A stretch of 63,800 bases of DNA, the filler included, from Cercozoa sp. M6MM (Eukaryota > Protista > Endomyxa: Ascetosporea): assembly GCA_040357565.1 (NCBI GenBank). It is 10 parts of 10 records of this genome, joined end to end, with 100 filler letters (N's around TTAATTAATTAA, not from the genome) between each part and the next. Parts side by side here need not be neighbours in the genome. Positions count along the whole stretch, not along the records: positions 50,709 to 56,704 come from JBDODJ010000808.1; positions 56,805 to 59,842 come from JBDODJ010001637.1; positions 59,943 to 63,800 come from JBDODJ010001293.1; 7 more parts are not named here. One strand, given 5' to 3'. The notes beneath the pieces were generated by a model that was given only the letters and a program-made list of their open reading frames with translations, was not told the DNA's origin and did not search any database. The translations under genes and the position numbers were made by a program. Positions 50,755 to 63,800 of this stretch are shown piece after piece. How positions within the stretch are numbered: the first letter of the stretch is position 1; each line of letters begins with the position of its first letter.

Positions 50755-51644
50755 GTGAAGGCACATTGTTGCGCAGGAGCTCAGCTAGATAATCCGAAGC
50801 GTTTGTCGCGTTGCTTCCTGTCCACAAAACTCTTTCATCGGGGAGCCCTGCTCCTTGTATTTAACAGCGCTGCACCACTCGCAACGAAAGCTGCCATGGC
50901 AAGTCCGACACGTTCGTGGTGTGCGCTGCACGCTATCTGCGAAGTGCGGTTTGTTCACGTCGGTACTGCTGGGAACAATGGGCTTGATAAGACCGAAAGA
51001 GGTGTTTACTTGAGTGTCGATGTCGTTAATGGACAGAGGAACCGGCGTTGGATCGAGACCAAGCGCAAAGACTCGCACCACTCCCGACTGCACCATGCGT
51101 CAATTTACAACAGCGTCTTATTATTTGAGCAAGAGAACGAAACGTACCGCAGAGGCGGCAAAGAAGTCGATGAGAGACAGCTTGCCAACGAACGAGGCGA
51201 TAAGTGCGTCTAGTGCGCTACCCTCAGTCAGTGCCAGAGGACAGAATCAATCAAGGTCATAGAGCAACTCACTTCTACAGCACCAACAGAATTATACCAC
51301 TGCTGCAACGACACGCCTGGACGAAAGGTCGCCGAAATCTAATTATTCAATACGATTATACTACAAGCGTCAGCCTTTGTCAGTTAGTTATTCACTGAAG
51401 GTTTAAACCTGAACTGCAGAGTCGCCTCGGTAGGCACCTCTAGCCACGCCAAAAACCTACACGAAGAAACAGTCTAATTTGTTGTATGTTTTTAAAAGAC
51501 AAGCATACGCTTTGGGAAGCGTCCAGTGATCCGCCGTCGACAAGCACGGCGCTGACAACCGACTGAGTCACTGTGGCTCTGCGACATAGCATCGTTTCCA
51601 GTAGTCTTTAGAGACTGTCAAATGGGTCAATCGAGGCTGCAATA

Positions 51645-52053
51645 ATGAGTCTACAACGCGGCGGTGAGTGTCAGCTCGCCACGACGAACGACACACGCGC
51701 GCATCACCAGTGTCGTTGGCGAAGTCGTCTGCGAAAACGGTTCGACGAGCAGAGAAATCAAGAACAGCAGAACACACCCTCAAGTAACCGAGGCCATCGG
51801 CAACAACGCCTGCGTCGAAGACACCTGCATGAGTGCAATACGGTAGAGTATAGGTTGTCTTAAAAGACACATTATCATTTCTCGTACTGCGCAAAAGCCA
51901 GGCAGCCGATCCTCTCACAGAGACGGACTGCACACAACGTCGTTTAAGTTCACATATAGAGGGCCTTTCAGCCTGTAGTTCATCTATACAAAGGTAGCGC
52001 CGGTGCTGTCAGCAGCCGCAAACACGTGGACCTGCTTCCAAGGAGTGTTTCTC

Positions 52054-52104
<51 letters not shown>

Positions 52105-52114
52105 NNNNNNNNNN

Positions 52115-52163
<49 letters not shown>

Positions 52164-53670
52164 AACAATCATCATCATCATCATCATCTGTTAAAGTAGA
52201 GTATCATCGAAGCACTAGAGTTCGACGCCGAGGCAGGAGATGTCGCTATGTAAGTTATCTCACAACGTTAAAGGAGAACCACCGCCTGTATTATTAATCG
52301 ACAGATTGAGGTGTCGAGAAAGTACTGCTGCTGCCCGCTTCTGCGCACTCTCCCAGGTATCGTTTGTTTACTGCAATACGTATTGTATTGTGGTCTTGAG
52401 AGCTTGAGTCGTGATGAACAGTTACCTCCCCAGTGCACTCCAATTGCTGGCGACTGCAGGTGAATAAAATTTACACTGATGCGATGCGGAAATTCAGGTT
52501 GTTTCGAGTTTCACGTTGGAACGATTCCTGCAGCGGAAATGTGTTCTCGACGGCTCCCGAGCAGGCTCAGGTGTCTTCGCTTTTCCTGTATTAATGGAGC
52601 AGATGTTGTTGTGGTGCCACTTAAATGACACTAACTCTGTAAGTTTAGTGCCTGCTGAGGTGCGGTATCGACTCGCGCGGCTTCAACGTCGACGTTGTCG
52701 CACTTTGCGTCCCAGAGGCAGTAGACTCACTCTTCCCTTATGGTGCCGGCTTGGCAGCATCTGTATTTTTGGTGTTCCTAGGGTTTCGTATTCTCACCTT
52801 CACGTCGAGCCGATGTTTTATCGAGCGCCAATGTATTCTCGGTGTAAAAAGTATGTTGTGTGTCGTATCTAAACCACGGGTGCAATTAAAGGTTGTCCAA
52901 AGGACTACATCGTCGAATGCACAAGGTACTGCAGCGTTACTCGAGCTTTTCCAACAGTTTAGCTCAAGTTTCCGCAGCGAACGCAACCGACATCTGCGAC
53001 GCGCCGTTTCTCGCTGTACTCACTCCACTCAACTTAAAATTGACTCAACCTGTGAATGTTGCGGGTCCTTGGAGCAAAATGGAAATCGTGTGTGGGTTGG
53101 ACAGTGCCCCTTCTCGGAGCAGTGCCGTGAGTTCGCATGTCGTCGACTGCCAGGTAAACTGTAAATAGGTCTCATACAACGCTTGGTTTACTGCTTGTGC
53201 TCAGGTGTGGCGACACAAGGCAGATCACACCAGTGCCTACAGATTCGCTCTCCCGAAGAGGTAGGGTTGTTGGCCCGATAACTTTAAGTTCGCATGAACA
53301 AGTTTATTCGGACAGACACTGTGCGCTACCGACTCGATCGACGAAAAGGGCAATCTGCGTGATGTAAGTCGAGTTAACTTCTGTTTTGTTGACGAAGGTG
53401 AGTATTTTCTGACAACGGTTGCATGAGCAGTTCGAGTGCCTCCGAGGTCTATGTGTCGAGAGCAAGGTATGCTGCTTCAGCGCCCCTGATTGGTATGTTT
53501 ACTCGAATTTGCATGGGCAGGCACTGCGAGGGCGACAGGTCTGGCGCTGGCTAGTTCCGGTATTAACTTTGAACTCTCAAGTTCTTGTGTTGTGCTGGAA
53601 ATGAACTGCTTAAGTGCAGACAACGTGGATGATTGTGCTTGTTCTCTTCCTCGCCTTTGCAGTTCGCGCT
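51645..53670 (+). CDS. Hypothetical protein, many short exons
   Basis: Chain of GT-AG-bounded open exons (SIIEALEFDAEAGDVAI|LRCRESTAAARFCALSQ|LPPQC...); no family recognised. Confidence 0.3.
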
Positions 53671-54143
53671 AACATACGTCTCCACCAACAGTATTATTCC
53701 TCATTAGGCACACTCTAAAATGGTGCAAATTTGAACTCTGTGCGGTACAGGCAACTGGCTTTGCTGGCGGGCAGCCGTGAGGCTTTTACCACTCCTCTGG
53801 GGTCAGTTGAATGTTATTTCATCAAACACAATACTGATACTGTTATGGCCATACTTCGTTTAGAAAAAGGTCCAAACGTCAACGGCGGCACAAAAGAACC
53901 AAGCGCCGCGTTCGGGGTGGAGGTCAAAAAGGCAGTGCAGCAAGTGCCATGAAAACTGCCAGTGGCCGATTACCCACGGAAGGGACAGTAAAGTCAGTGA
54001 GTAGCGAGTGAGTAAACACTGTGGCGACGTTGCGATGCTTTCTTCAATTCAAAAAGGGCCAAACTGCCTGCCAGTGTGACGAAGTACCACAGTGAGCGTC
54101 GGTGATGGCTGACTTGTCAGCACGTCTGTGCGTCAGTGCTTGT

Positions 54144-54354
54144 CTAAGCTTGGAGCTTCAACAGGTCCAGGTGCACCACGAGCAGCTTGCTGGCCAGTTG
54201 CGCCGTCAGTTCTTGTTTGCCGAGAGCACGGTTGATGGCCAGACACACGCGAGCCGTGTTCTTGCTGGCCAAGTGTAGCAAGGGCGACCTGCGTGTGTCT
54301 AAAATTACAAAAGAACATACAGATAGTGAACACAACTATACAGGCAATGCAGCG

Positions 54355-54409
<55 letters not shown>

Positions 54410-54974
54410 AGTCAGTACCGCTTGTCAGGCGGCACGTAGAACGGCATCTCGCTTGCCAGGCAGTGGTAGCTCGCGCAGAACTCTGCACACGCAGGAGGCA
54501 GGACACAATAATAAAAAGAACACCAGCACTGTCACACAACAAAAGCACAGTGGCAGTACCCTGCTGCGCGGCCACGAAGGCAGCGTGCAGTGCCACGAGC
54601 GAGCCGAGCTGGCGTTGCACAGCGAGCTGACGTTCACGGCGACGCACGCCGGCAGCGACTTGCTCGGCGATCATGGTGCCGTAGTGGCGCGTGCTTGAGC
54701 GAGCATGCGCTTCCGCCACGCGAGCGATGGACTCGGCAGCGGCGATGCGTTCAGCCCGACGAGCGCCGTAGCGCGGCAGGCAGAACGAGAAGTCGAAGTG
54801 CGGGCGGTGTACGCGGACGTATTCCGCCACCTTGCGAGTGGAGAGTTTCTGCACACGGCCAACACAAGACGCAGTAAAACAAGGTTTTAGGCACACCAAG
54901 GCGGGCACACCCACTGTTGGCACACCACACACACAACTTGTTCGTGCTTTCGAAAATTCTGACATAACTAACAT
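54144..54974 (-). CDS. Hypothetical protein
   Basis: GC-rich exon KLSTRKVAEYVRVHRPHFDF...AAQQ plus downstream exons. Confidence 0.4.
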
Positions 54975-55246
54975 ACGATTCTTGCACCGGGGCGGGGCAT
55001 GGACGGCAAAGGCCCCCCTTCGAAACTTACGAAACTACACTGTCTGGTGGCGACGCCAGGCAAGGGCATTGCGTTCAGTTGTGAATAGATTCAGTCGAAG
55101 GAATGGAAGCCGAGTCCTTCCGCGTGCGGTGGCGGCCAGATCGGATCGGGATGGATCCGATCACCGCACTCGAGTATCGATAGTATATCTATCAGGGGGG
55201 GGGGGTGCCCTCTATCGTATGGGTTAGACGCATCTGACCAAAAAAA

Positions 55247-56619
55247 CTATTGCTGTGCTTGCTGGAAAAGGTGCTCGACGTGAGCGACGTCGTTGGCCGA
55301 ACCCATGAAGACGCCGCTGCGATCGTGTGGGGTGGCCGGCAGGATCTCCTGTGCACCGTATGACCATGTAACATGCAGTGGCAAGACAAAGAGAGAGAGA
55401 GAGAGAGAGGGAGCGCGCGCGCGAGAGAAAGGCGTACCAGAATGCGCGTGTTGCCGGTGGAGGCACTGCCGCCGGCGTTTTCCATGAGCAAGGCCATGGG
55501 CTGCAGCTCGTACAGCAGGCGCAGCTTGCCCTTGGCGTTCTTGCTGTCGGCCGGGTACATGAAGATGCCGCCGTACAGCAGCGTGCGGTGCACGTCAGCC
55601 ACCATACTGTATGTTCACAGACCCCACATGTCATTTTACACACACACACCCACACAAGTCTCTGCACATACCTGCCAATGTAGCGAGCCTTCTTGCGAGC
55701 CTCCTTGCACTCCTCAATGTACTGACTGTATATATATATATATATTTGTATATAGCGACATAAAAACACAAGAGAAGGCATACCGAGTGGGCGCATCGAA
55801 GAGCGAATAGTTGCCCTCGTTGACGGAGAAGATCTTGCCATCGCGCGGCACCTGCACGTCGGCGTGCGTCAGGATGAACTCGCCGATCGCCGGGTCCAGT
55901 GTGAACCCTGCCGGGGGGGGGGGTAGGGTTAAGACCAAAGGTAGAGCACATGGAGGCAGGCACCGTTGACGCCGCTGGCCTTGTCGAGAGTGAGAACCAA
56001 GATGGTGGCAGCACCGTACATGGCATATCCTGAGAACACACACAGGCACACATGCATACGTAGAGATACACACAGAGACAGAGGCAGAAACACATGCACA
56101 CACAGACACACAGACACACACAGACACACAGACACACAGACAAACAGGCATACAAAGGTACCAGCAGCCACTAGGTCGGTGCCAGGACGCAGCAGATCCT
56201 CGGGCTGTAGGGTGGCGGCGCACTTGCCGGGCGGCAGCTGGTAGATGCCGAAGATGGTGCCGACACTAACGTTGGCGTCGATGTTGGACGAGCCTGTGTG
56301 TGGAAGGGGACGTAGCCCAGCAGGTGGCAGACAGTAAGGAGGCAGGAGGTAGGAGGCAGTAGGCAGTAGGGAGGCAGTGGGCAGGTAGAAGGGGAGAGAC
56401 AGTACCGTCAAGTGGATCGAAAGTGACGACGTAGCGCGCGTTCGCGGCGTCGCGCACAAACACGGGCTCCTCGTCCTCCTCGCTCACCATAGCAGCCACA
56501 CGGCCCGTGTAGGCCAGCGTGTTCTTGAACACGTCGTTGGCAAACACGTCGAGCTTCTTCACGTCGTCGCCGCTCGCGTTGCTGTCGCCCGACAGACCGT
56601 ACATGTTGAAGATGCCCGC
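55247..56619 (-). CDS. FBP: Fructose-1,6-bisphosphatase class I (5' truncated)
   Basis: [23 protein letters not shown]|[38 protein letters not shown]|[27 protein letters not shown]. Confidence 0.97.
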
Positions 56620-56649
56620 CTATGCAGACACACATGCACGCACATACGG

Positions 56650-56704
<55 letters not shown>

Positions 56705-56804
56705 NNNNNNNNNNNNNNNNNNNNNNNNNNNNNNNNNNNNNNNNNNNNTTAATTAATTAANNNNNNNNNNNNNNNNNNNNNNNNNNNNNNNNNNNNNNNN
56801 NNNN

Positions 56805-56930
56805 GGAAGTTAAGGGGCAAGGGAAGTTAAGGGGCAAGGGAAGTTAAGGGGGCAAAGAAGTTAAGGGGCAAAGAAGTTAAGGGGCAAAGAAGTTAAGGGG
56901 CAAAGAAGTTAAGGGGCAAAGAAGTTAAGG
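56805..56930. repeat. Intronic 16-nt minisatellite (GAAGTTAAGGGGCAAA)n
   Basis: about 8 tandem copies. Confidence 0.9.
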
Positions 56931-56942
56931 GAGCGAGAATAC

Positions 56943-58556
56943 CGTCGATCTTCAGGTCGATTTTCGATATCGACTTGCGCCAGATCATGACGCATCTTGC
57001 CCACTCTACAGGAGGGGAGGGTGTAGGAGAGACTACAAGTCAAGGGAGCAAAGGGAGTATGGAACCGGTAGAACGTGCAATAGACGAGGCAGCCGCACAG
57101 CAGAGCCGGCAAATCCATGAGCAGTCCCAGGAACTGCTGCAGCACGGCCAGTCGCTGCTGCAGCTGCACCTCCGAGTACTCGCCCGAGGCACCACTTGCC
57201 TGCTCCTGTAGGGGATGGGTGTGTGGGGATAAAGAATGTCCGAAGGAGATACACAGAGTCAAGAAACACCCTGGCATGCCGAAGCGCCGGGTATCGCAGA
57301 CGAGTCAACCAGATCGCTCTGCAATGAGGGAGAGGATAAATGAAGGGGTGAATACGGAAGGGGCGAGGGCTAAAGCTGAGAGGTACGCAAACAGCACAAA
57401 GCCGATCAGATCGACCACAGCCAGAAACGGCTGCAGCACAACGAACGACGTCAGCTGCGCGTGCGGCACGTGCTCACCTGTCCTCGGAGGAGGGGTAGAC
57501 AGCAGGGTACACAAGGGTGAACAGAGTAAACTCACCAGGATCAGACCACGGCAGCACTTTCGGCATACGGACGATCGTGATAACTCCTGCACACGGGAGG
57601 AAGAGAGTAAATGAAAAAGGCGCGGGTAGCAGGGAGAGGTATGGCAGGGAAGTAGCAAGCGATTGTGCTACCCAGAAACAGGAGAAACATGAGGGCGAAA
57701 TCGCCGAGAGAATACGCGAGGCTCAGCACTGTGTTGCGAGCCACCTACAGAAACCAGAAGAATAAAGGAGGTATAAGGGAGGTAAAGGGGAGGATAAGGA
57801 GGCAAACCAAAGAGGCAGACAGTGGCTCCTGTGTGTCCGAGGTGTCGCCGACCTTGAGCGTCGATGCGCCGGCCCAGGCACCGGCACCGATCAGCAGCAG
57901 CGCCGGAAACATAAGTCCGATCGATGCACCTGCCGAGTAACACATGGGTGCAACATGAGTTAAGGGGACTTTAAAAGGAAAGTTAAGGGGTGTAAACAGC
58001 TAAAAGGGACGAATAATTCAGGGGAGTGTACCCGACGACAGACCGAGGGTCGAGCCGACCACACTGCCGATCAGATAGGCCTCGCCGAACGACACAGCCA
58101 GCACCGACAGCGCCGCCAGCAGACGAGGCAGCCACCCGATCCACACGTACAGCAGGCGGTGGCCCATCTGTCCTCAGGCACAAACAAATAAACCATATAC
58201 ACACACATAAATACATCAAGGTATAATGGGTGAAGGCACCCATTTGGTCAGCAGACGCTCCTTGTAGTCACTAGAAAGCAAGTGCGTCTTCGACAAGAGC
58301 TTGAGTACCTGTCATAATACAAGTATAGCATGTCGATATTCAACTATTCTTATCATCAATATTAAATTAACTGTATATTTGGGCTTACGACAAGCAGCGG
58401 CAGTGCCACGACGATGAGCACCCATTTCACCACCACGAGCAACAAACGCAGAAGTTGCAGCACCTACATCACACAGGGTTGGCTGTAACGCAGGCGCAAC
58501 AGCAGAGGAAGGCGGAATAGTACGAGCGGTTCATCGTCATCATCATCACGTGCCAT
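56943..58556 (-). CDS. Multi-pass membrane protein, hypothetical (3' truncated)
   Basis: Several hydrophobic spliceable exons (GASIGLMFPALLLIGAGAW, LAVVDLIGFVLFAYL, LLMDLPALLCGCLVYCTFY). Confidence 0.45.
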
Positions 58557-59270
58557 TCCCTTATTTTCTGTCGCCTTGCACCCGGGAGGGTACGGCGCGC
58601 AGAGAGTAGTGCCTATGTAATGCTACCAGTTGTGCGCACTCTGTTGTGCCAATTAAAGCACGTCATTTCGCGCGATCACTTTGTCAGCTACGATCGCGCC
58701 TGTTTGCTTTCTGTTTCTTGGATCTTTCTGAGTTTGTGCTTCGGGCTTTTGTGAGACTCAGGAGAACGGCATTTGTGCCACCACGTTCTACAGTCGATGG
58801 CTCGCGGCACTGTCGCAACAGACGCGCTTGTGCCAACGACGCTCTCTGCTTCGGCGCCACTTGCGCGGGAGGACTGTGCAGACTCCAGACGGTTACTGAG
58901 CAGAACTGTACTTGGAATGTGCCGTGGTGGGAACCCGGTTTCTACTTGCGCTCAAGGCAATTGCGTGGCTGCCACGACGACCCGCTGCAAGTTAGTACAA
59001 TTCAAGTTAGGCGAATGATTTGAATGATATCAGCTGTTTTCCAGGAACATCACATTGCGGTCAAACACAAAAAGCCCCTGGAATAAAAGCTCCGCTCGCG
59101 TGGTTATTTTTGGGGATCTGCTTTAGTCTGCGCTTTAGAGGATTACACGCAGTGAGAAGCGTTTTTCTGCGCTTGAACGCGTTTCGGCACAGTTTGTCTT
59201 CCGTTAGTGCACTTGTTTAGAGCTGACTCAGATTTCGTCAGAGTGCTCCCGGTTGATTGCCCGAGATAGG

Positions 59271-59799
59271 ATGCCTGCCGAAGGCTCCGTTGGGACTGCT
59301 TTTGCACTGTACACTGTATCTGTAGCTCGAGGAGACAGTGACACTGCTGATGTTTGTGTGGTTAGAACGGCAGCAGCGGGCCTGGCGACGACGATCGGGG
59401 CCTTGGCGCCCTTTGTCAAGTGTGTCGATCTGGGCGATCGGAGGATACTTGGCGCTGCCTTGGCTTGCTCGGCGGGTAGCGAGTTTGGCTTTTTACCTCC
59501 TACTCCCTGTCTTATTTACCTCTTCTTTACACTTTGCTTTGCAGGAGTGATGCTGTACGTCTCGTTTGTCGAGATTGGCGTCAAGTCGAAGCAGGCGTTT
59601 CTGGAGAAACTCGGCGACGATAAGGAAGGCCTGGCTACTATGTGGGTAGCACAGGGGTACGAAGAGAGGGTGTAAAGGGGGTAAAGGGGTAAAGAAGGTC
59701 ATGTACTGGGCAGTTCACGGTGTGTTTCTTCTCGGGCATCGTGCTGACCTGGCTGCTGGACATGTGCGTGCACCGACTCAGTCCGCGCAGTCACCAGAT
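59271..59799 (+). CDS. ZIP-family (ZupT/GufA-type) zinc transporter, 5' fragment
   Basis: AFAL|TAAAGLATTIGA, LGAALACSA|GVMLYVSFVEI, FFSGIVLTWLLD. Confidence 0.9.
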
Positions 59800-59942
59800 G
59801 TGCTTTCACTTTGCCTTCTTACATCTTAAGCTTTTACTTCTTNNNNNNNNNNNNNNNNNNNNNNNNNNNNNNNNNNNNNNNNNNNNTTAATTAATTAANN
59901 NNNNNNNNNNNNNNNNNNNNNNNNNNNNNNNNNNNNNNNNNN

Positions 59943-60009
<67 letters not shown>

Positions 60010-60091
60010 GTCGCACCATGGGCACGCAAGATGCGCTGCGCCACCTGTCGACTGACTGATAGCGTTACTGGTTGCCGTTTGCAAGCTCTAA

Positions 60092-61838
60092 ATGAGACAC
60101 GATGTACCTCCAACGACAAGTAGTAGTTGTTCACAGCTGCCGTGCCGTGCCATCAGCACCCGGCGGTCAGAAATCAGATCAGACAGAGTTCTTTACTGTC
60201 TCTGCGCACAGTTAGATCGTGCCGATCGTGCAAGCTGGTGTAAATCACGCAATTCATTCAGCTGCACTCTGAGTCTGTCATTAGCGGCTGGAGCGGTGCG
60301 ACCACTTTTCACTCGTATCAACGGGTGCTCTGTTTTCGCGCGGAAAATATCGAGAATGCCGTCGCGGTGCGTTGACTTTCGTCTGTCGGATGAGTCGCTG
60401 TTTAAGGGTGCTTTCGTACCCGTGTTCCTCTCCTACCGTGACGCCTTTGTGTAAACTATACCCATGTCTTTGTGTTCTCTTTAATGCTCTGCCACTGCGG
60501 GAATCTATGTTGGGTTCGCATTGTTTAGGCGACGAGCGGTCCTGGCAGCTGTGTTTGCGATTGGTAAATCAGTGTTTCTGAGTGAGTGTTCTGTTTCTGC
60601 ATAGCCGATCCTGCAGGAAACACGATTTGCTTGGCGGATTGGCTGCATGATGGAGGTATTTAGATTTGCAATCACCCTCGAGCTCACACCATGACACAAA
60701 ATGTGCATGTAGGGCAGTACAATTACCAGCCAGCTTATTTGGTCTACTTGACGATTTGGACGGCATTTTTCGAGATGCTTCTGCTGATCGCGTTGGCAGT
60801 CGCGTCATTCATCATCCACAAGAACAACGACAACGTGGATGCCATTGTATAATTTTACACCTTACAGACACACTTCACTTGATTAGTCCTCCTGTGTGTG
60901 TTCGTCACTCAGACGCCCAAGTGGCGTAGATTCCTTTCGCTGAGCTTCTCCGTGCTTTTGCCGTGGTCTATTGTGGTACAGTGTTTTGTTTTGCTGGCAT
61001 TATATTGTGCTGCCGTTTGGTCTTTGCATTGTATTGTGCTTGTAAACGTTGAAGGTGACGCTCGTGTTCTGGCTCGCACTGTTCCCCTTCGTTCGACACA
61101 CGTAATCTTTTTACTGCTGTACTCCTTTTCTAGAGTGACTGTATTTTTGTTTTTTAGCGTATGGGGCGTCATCTCGACGAGCTTACTTCATCTGCTCAAC
61201 AGGTATCAATGTTCCGCTACTTGTTGAACCGGCTTGTGGGCTGAGTGCGTCTTTTTGTACGTAGTATCGTCAGTGTTCTGGACTTAAATACGTTTAGACA
61301 TCAGCTTCAGGCCTCTCATGTGATGTACGAAACCTACCGAACGTCAAATTTATCCGCTTCGATATTGCATCGATTGATGTTTTCGTGTTGTGTAGGTTCG
61401 GCTTGTTGTACGGAATTGCGTACCTCATCACAAATGCGATCTACGTTGGTATTGCTTCTGATACTGTTGAGTCGTACTTGCTGATGTGATTTGAATCGTA
61501 TTTGACTGGTAGCGGTCGAAGATGTCGTCGTCTATTTCATCCTACCTTGGGACAGGTGTTTTTTCGGGTTTATTCCTGGCACATTTTCATGCATATCGAT
61601 ATGTATGCTTCCACAGTGCGTTAATGAGCATCGGTGTGGGCGTTGGCACGGCTCTGTTTTACATCTGCTGCTTCACTGTCCTGCGTTACTTGTAAGTTTT
61701 ACGTTCTAACTATATTATTCCCTCATTCTTCTTGGTGTAGTGCACGAAGGCGCCATGCGAAGCTACAACAAACTGATGCGCAGCTCCCTTAGGAATGCAG
61801 GCTTGTCCACTCAGTCGCGTCACGCACGATACCGGTGA
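60092..61838 (+). CDS. Possible multi-exon membrane protein
   Basis: Hydrophobic short exons (CFVLLALYCAAVW; VWGVISTSLLHLLN; MSIGVGVGTALFYICCF). Confidence 0.3.
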
Positions 61839-62232
61839 CAGGTCATGCAACCCGATGCGACGTTGCGTTGCGTCACCCCGATGAGGCCAACTCATTAAAA
61901 AAATGGACTGACTGGGATGACTAGATTGATGGAGTTATAGATACGGAGTACAGATGGGGAAGCACCCAGATAAATTTGACTGAAAGGCAGAAAAATGTCC
62001 CATTACTAAGGTCAAGTATTCATGAGTTCGGTTGCCCTCGTTGAGGCACGTCACTGATTCGGCTTTGTCCAGCCGAGAAGTCTTGCGTACAAGTAAATTA
62101 GTACCGGAGTAAGTTGATTGTAAATTATACCCACTTCTACCCCTCGACTTGACTACTCCGAGCCCGCTTGGCTTCGCTGAACTGCCAGTCTGGGATAGCG
62201 CGTCGACTGTACATTTTAAATTCAAACGAAAA

Positions 62233-63500
62233 TCATGGAGATCTTGGCTTCGACAGCAAGGCGGAGACGAAACTGTGCTCGTCGAGTTGCGTCACGTAAT
62301 CAGAGTATTGCTGGGGCACCATGGTGTGATACCCACTCGCAACGGCGTTTCTATTGGCCGGGGTTTCTACAGAGTGAGAAGGCATGCGTATGTGCTTCCG
62401 CTGCTTTTGCTGTTGTTCTGGGGCAGCAAGCTGGATCCTGCCAACCATATTCAATGTGCGAACAAGTGCAGCTTTTAGACTGTCAATGCGTTTTTCTGCG
62501 GCGGCACTTCTTTCCCTCAGCTCATCCACCTGCGCACTCAGTTTGCTTTCACGATCTTGCATCTGTTTGAATTTTTCGTTCAGTCGTCGCGTCTTGGATT
62601 GAAGACCGTTGCCGAGTCGCTTCATTACCTCGTCTGAAGCAGCTTCAAGGTCATTTATTCGTCGACTGAGCTTGTGGATCTGTTCAGCTTGTAATGATTT
62701 GCGACGAAGGTGCGCCAACTCTGTCAAAACCATCAAACAATTTGCGACGTAAATAGTGTAAGTGCTATGTTCAAACTCAATGAAAGAAACCGTGTTCGAG
62801 TTGTTGTATTCTCTTCTTTGCCGATGCTGTGTACGAAAACTTGTCGCTTTCAGTTGATTCTGTTGAGCGAGACGACGCTCGTGCCCGACTCGCAGTTTCG
62901 AGACGCGTGAGTCGATTCTGAATATCAACAAGTGAGCTCTCTGTGCTGAGCTTTAGCATTTCGACGAGGGTGGCCAACGCACTCAGCTTCGAAAACCTGA
63001 AGAACCAAGGAAAAGCTGCGCTGGTCTGACATTTGAAGCAACGCATTCCCTGAATGATCTTACAAGAAATCAAATCGACGTGAGTGTGATTGGTCGATAG
63101 ACTGAGGTTGCTTTGAAATCTCTCCAGGAGAGCATGGAGGAGGGCGAGCAACGTCGAGCTCAATGTTGAAATCCAAGGGACCGCGTGAACGCGACCGTGC
63201 ACAACCTTCGCTCGGTGTCGTCGGCATGCTAAGGGACAGGCGCGAGTCAGTCGGAGAGCGCAAGGTTCGTCGCCGTCTTCGGCGAACCTGCAGTATCTCG
63301 TCGCTTTTGAGTCGTGCATCTCCCGATTTTGAGTTTGGTGAGGCACCTCCTTTTGAAAACCTCGCAGCCCCAGGCGACTCGCCTATTGCCGCATCGGAGA
63401 AAAGCGGCATGTGGTCCTAGGAGGCTAGTTCTCTTCAAATATAAGGTTCCGTGATTCAACTGCCGTAACTGCACTATCAGTTTGTTTTCTTCCCTCCGCG
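62233..63500 (-). CDS. Hypothetical coiled-coil protein
   Basis: Heptad-rich LTELAHLRRK...IHKLSRRINDLEAAS...KLSAQVDELRERSAAAEKRIDSLK. Confidence 0.4.
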
Positions 63501-63800
63501 CGGATACCTGCGAAACAGAAGTCAGTCAGTCATTTTTGCTGAAACAAAGGCACATGGAACTTTAATGCGAAGAGTAGCGCCGCTTTCACATCGTCTAAAA
63601 ATCCAAAAACGGCATGCAATTTCTTCGCGTCGCATTTGTATTGAGTTTTGCTCTGCACACTCTGACGAGTGCACTTGACGCATGTTACAACGTCGAGATC
63701 GACAGCCGATGGAACGAGACGGTGCTGCTCGCAGATCGTAGCGCTCGCATGGGGCCCATCGTTGGAGGTATACCGTCTCTCGCCCGTGTGTGTGTGTGTG

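Noticed and set aside
27475-59799. Zinc-homeostasis cluster (COG0523 plus ZIP transporter)
   Set aside because: The genes lie on different concatenated contigs; there is no evidence of linkage
8620-59942. Recurrent TTAATTAATTAA motif as a biological element (e.g. piggyBac sites or elimination signals)
   Set aside because: Always centred in an exactly 100-nt N spacer; it is an artificial six-frame stop linker, so gene order across it is meaningless

Overview
Eukaryotic nuclear DNA from an intron-rich, probably flagellated protist. The 14-3-3 sequence looks rhizarian-like, which is an inference from recalled family sequences. The window is not one locus: ten contigs/scaffolds are joined by artificial 100-nt spacers (44 N + TTAATTAATTAA + 44 N), and breaks fall mostly at (CA)n/(GT)n or poly-C/G tracts. 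Genes use the standard code and GT-AG introns of mostly 40-100 nt, so the ORF track fragments them; I spliced them by eye and some boundaries are approximate. Recognisable genes: zf-4CXXC_R1/polyQ protein, folate-biopterin (BT1) transporter, a frameshifted PYROXD2-like fragment, 14-3-3, PP2C, MNS1, mitochondrial phosphate carrier, RsuA-family pseudouridine synthase, DusA, ATG12, a degenerate COG0523/CobW protein, a secreted six-repeat Cys-rich protein, an RNAi-type RdRP fragment, a very intron-dense RNF213-like AAA+ gene, GH31 alpha-glucosidase, class I FBPase and a ZIP/ZupT transporter. Best non-obvious observations: (1) a 923-bp non-autonomous DNA transposon with 124-bp TIRs, GGG...CCC ends and a 5-bp TSD, wedged between two convergent stop codons; (2) two paralogous intronic box C/D snoRNAs (U36/snR47-like, targeting the 18S GUUAAAAAGCU site) in consecutive introns of the phosphate carrier gene; (3) a COG0523 pseudo-GTPase that has lost G1/G3/G4 and carries a Cys/Glu-rich linker; (4) bacterial-type RsuA and DusA head-to-head about 95 bp apart; (5) quasi-periodic intron spacing (~120 bp) in the RNF213-like gene.
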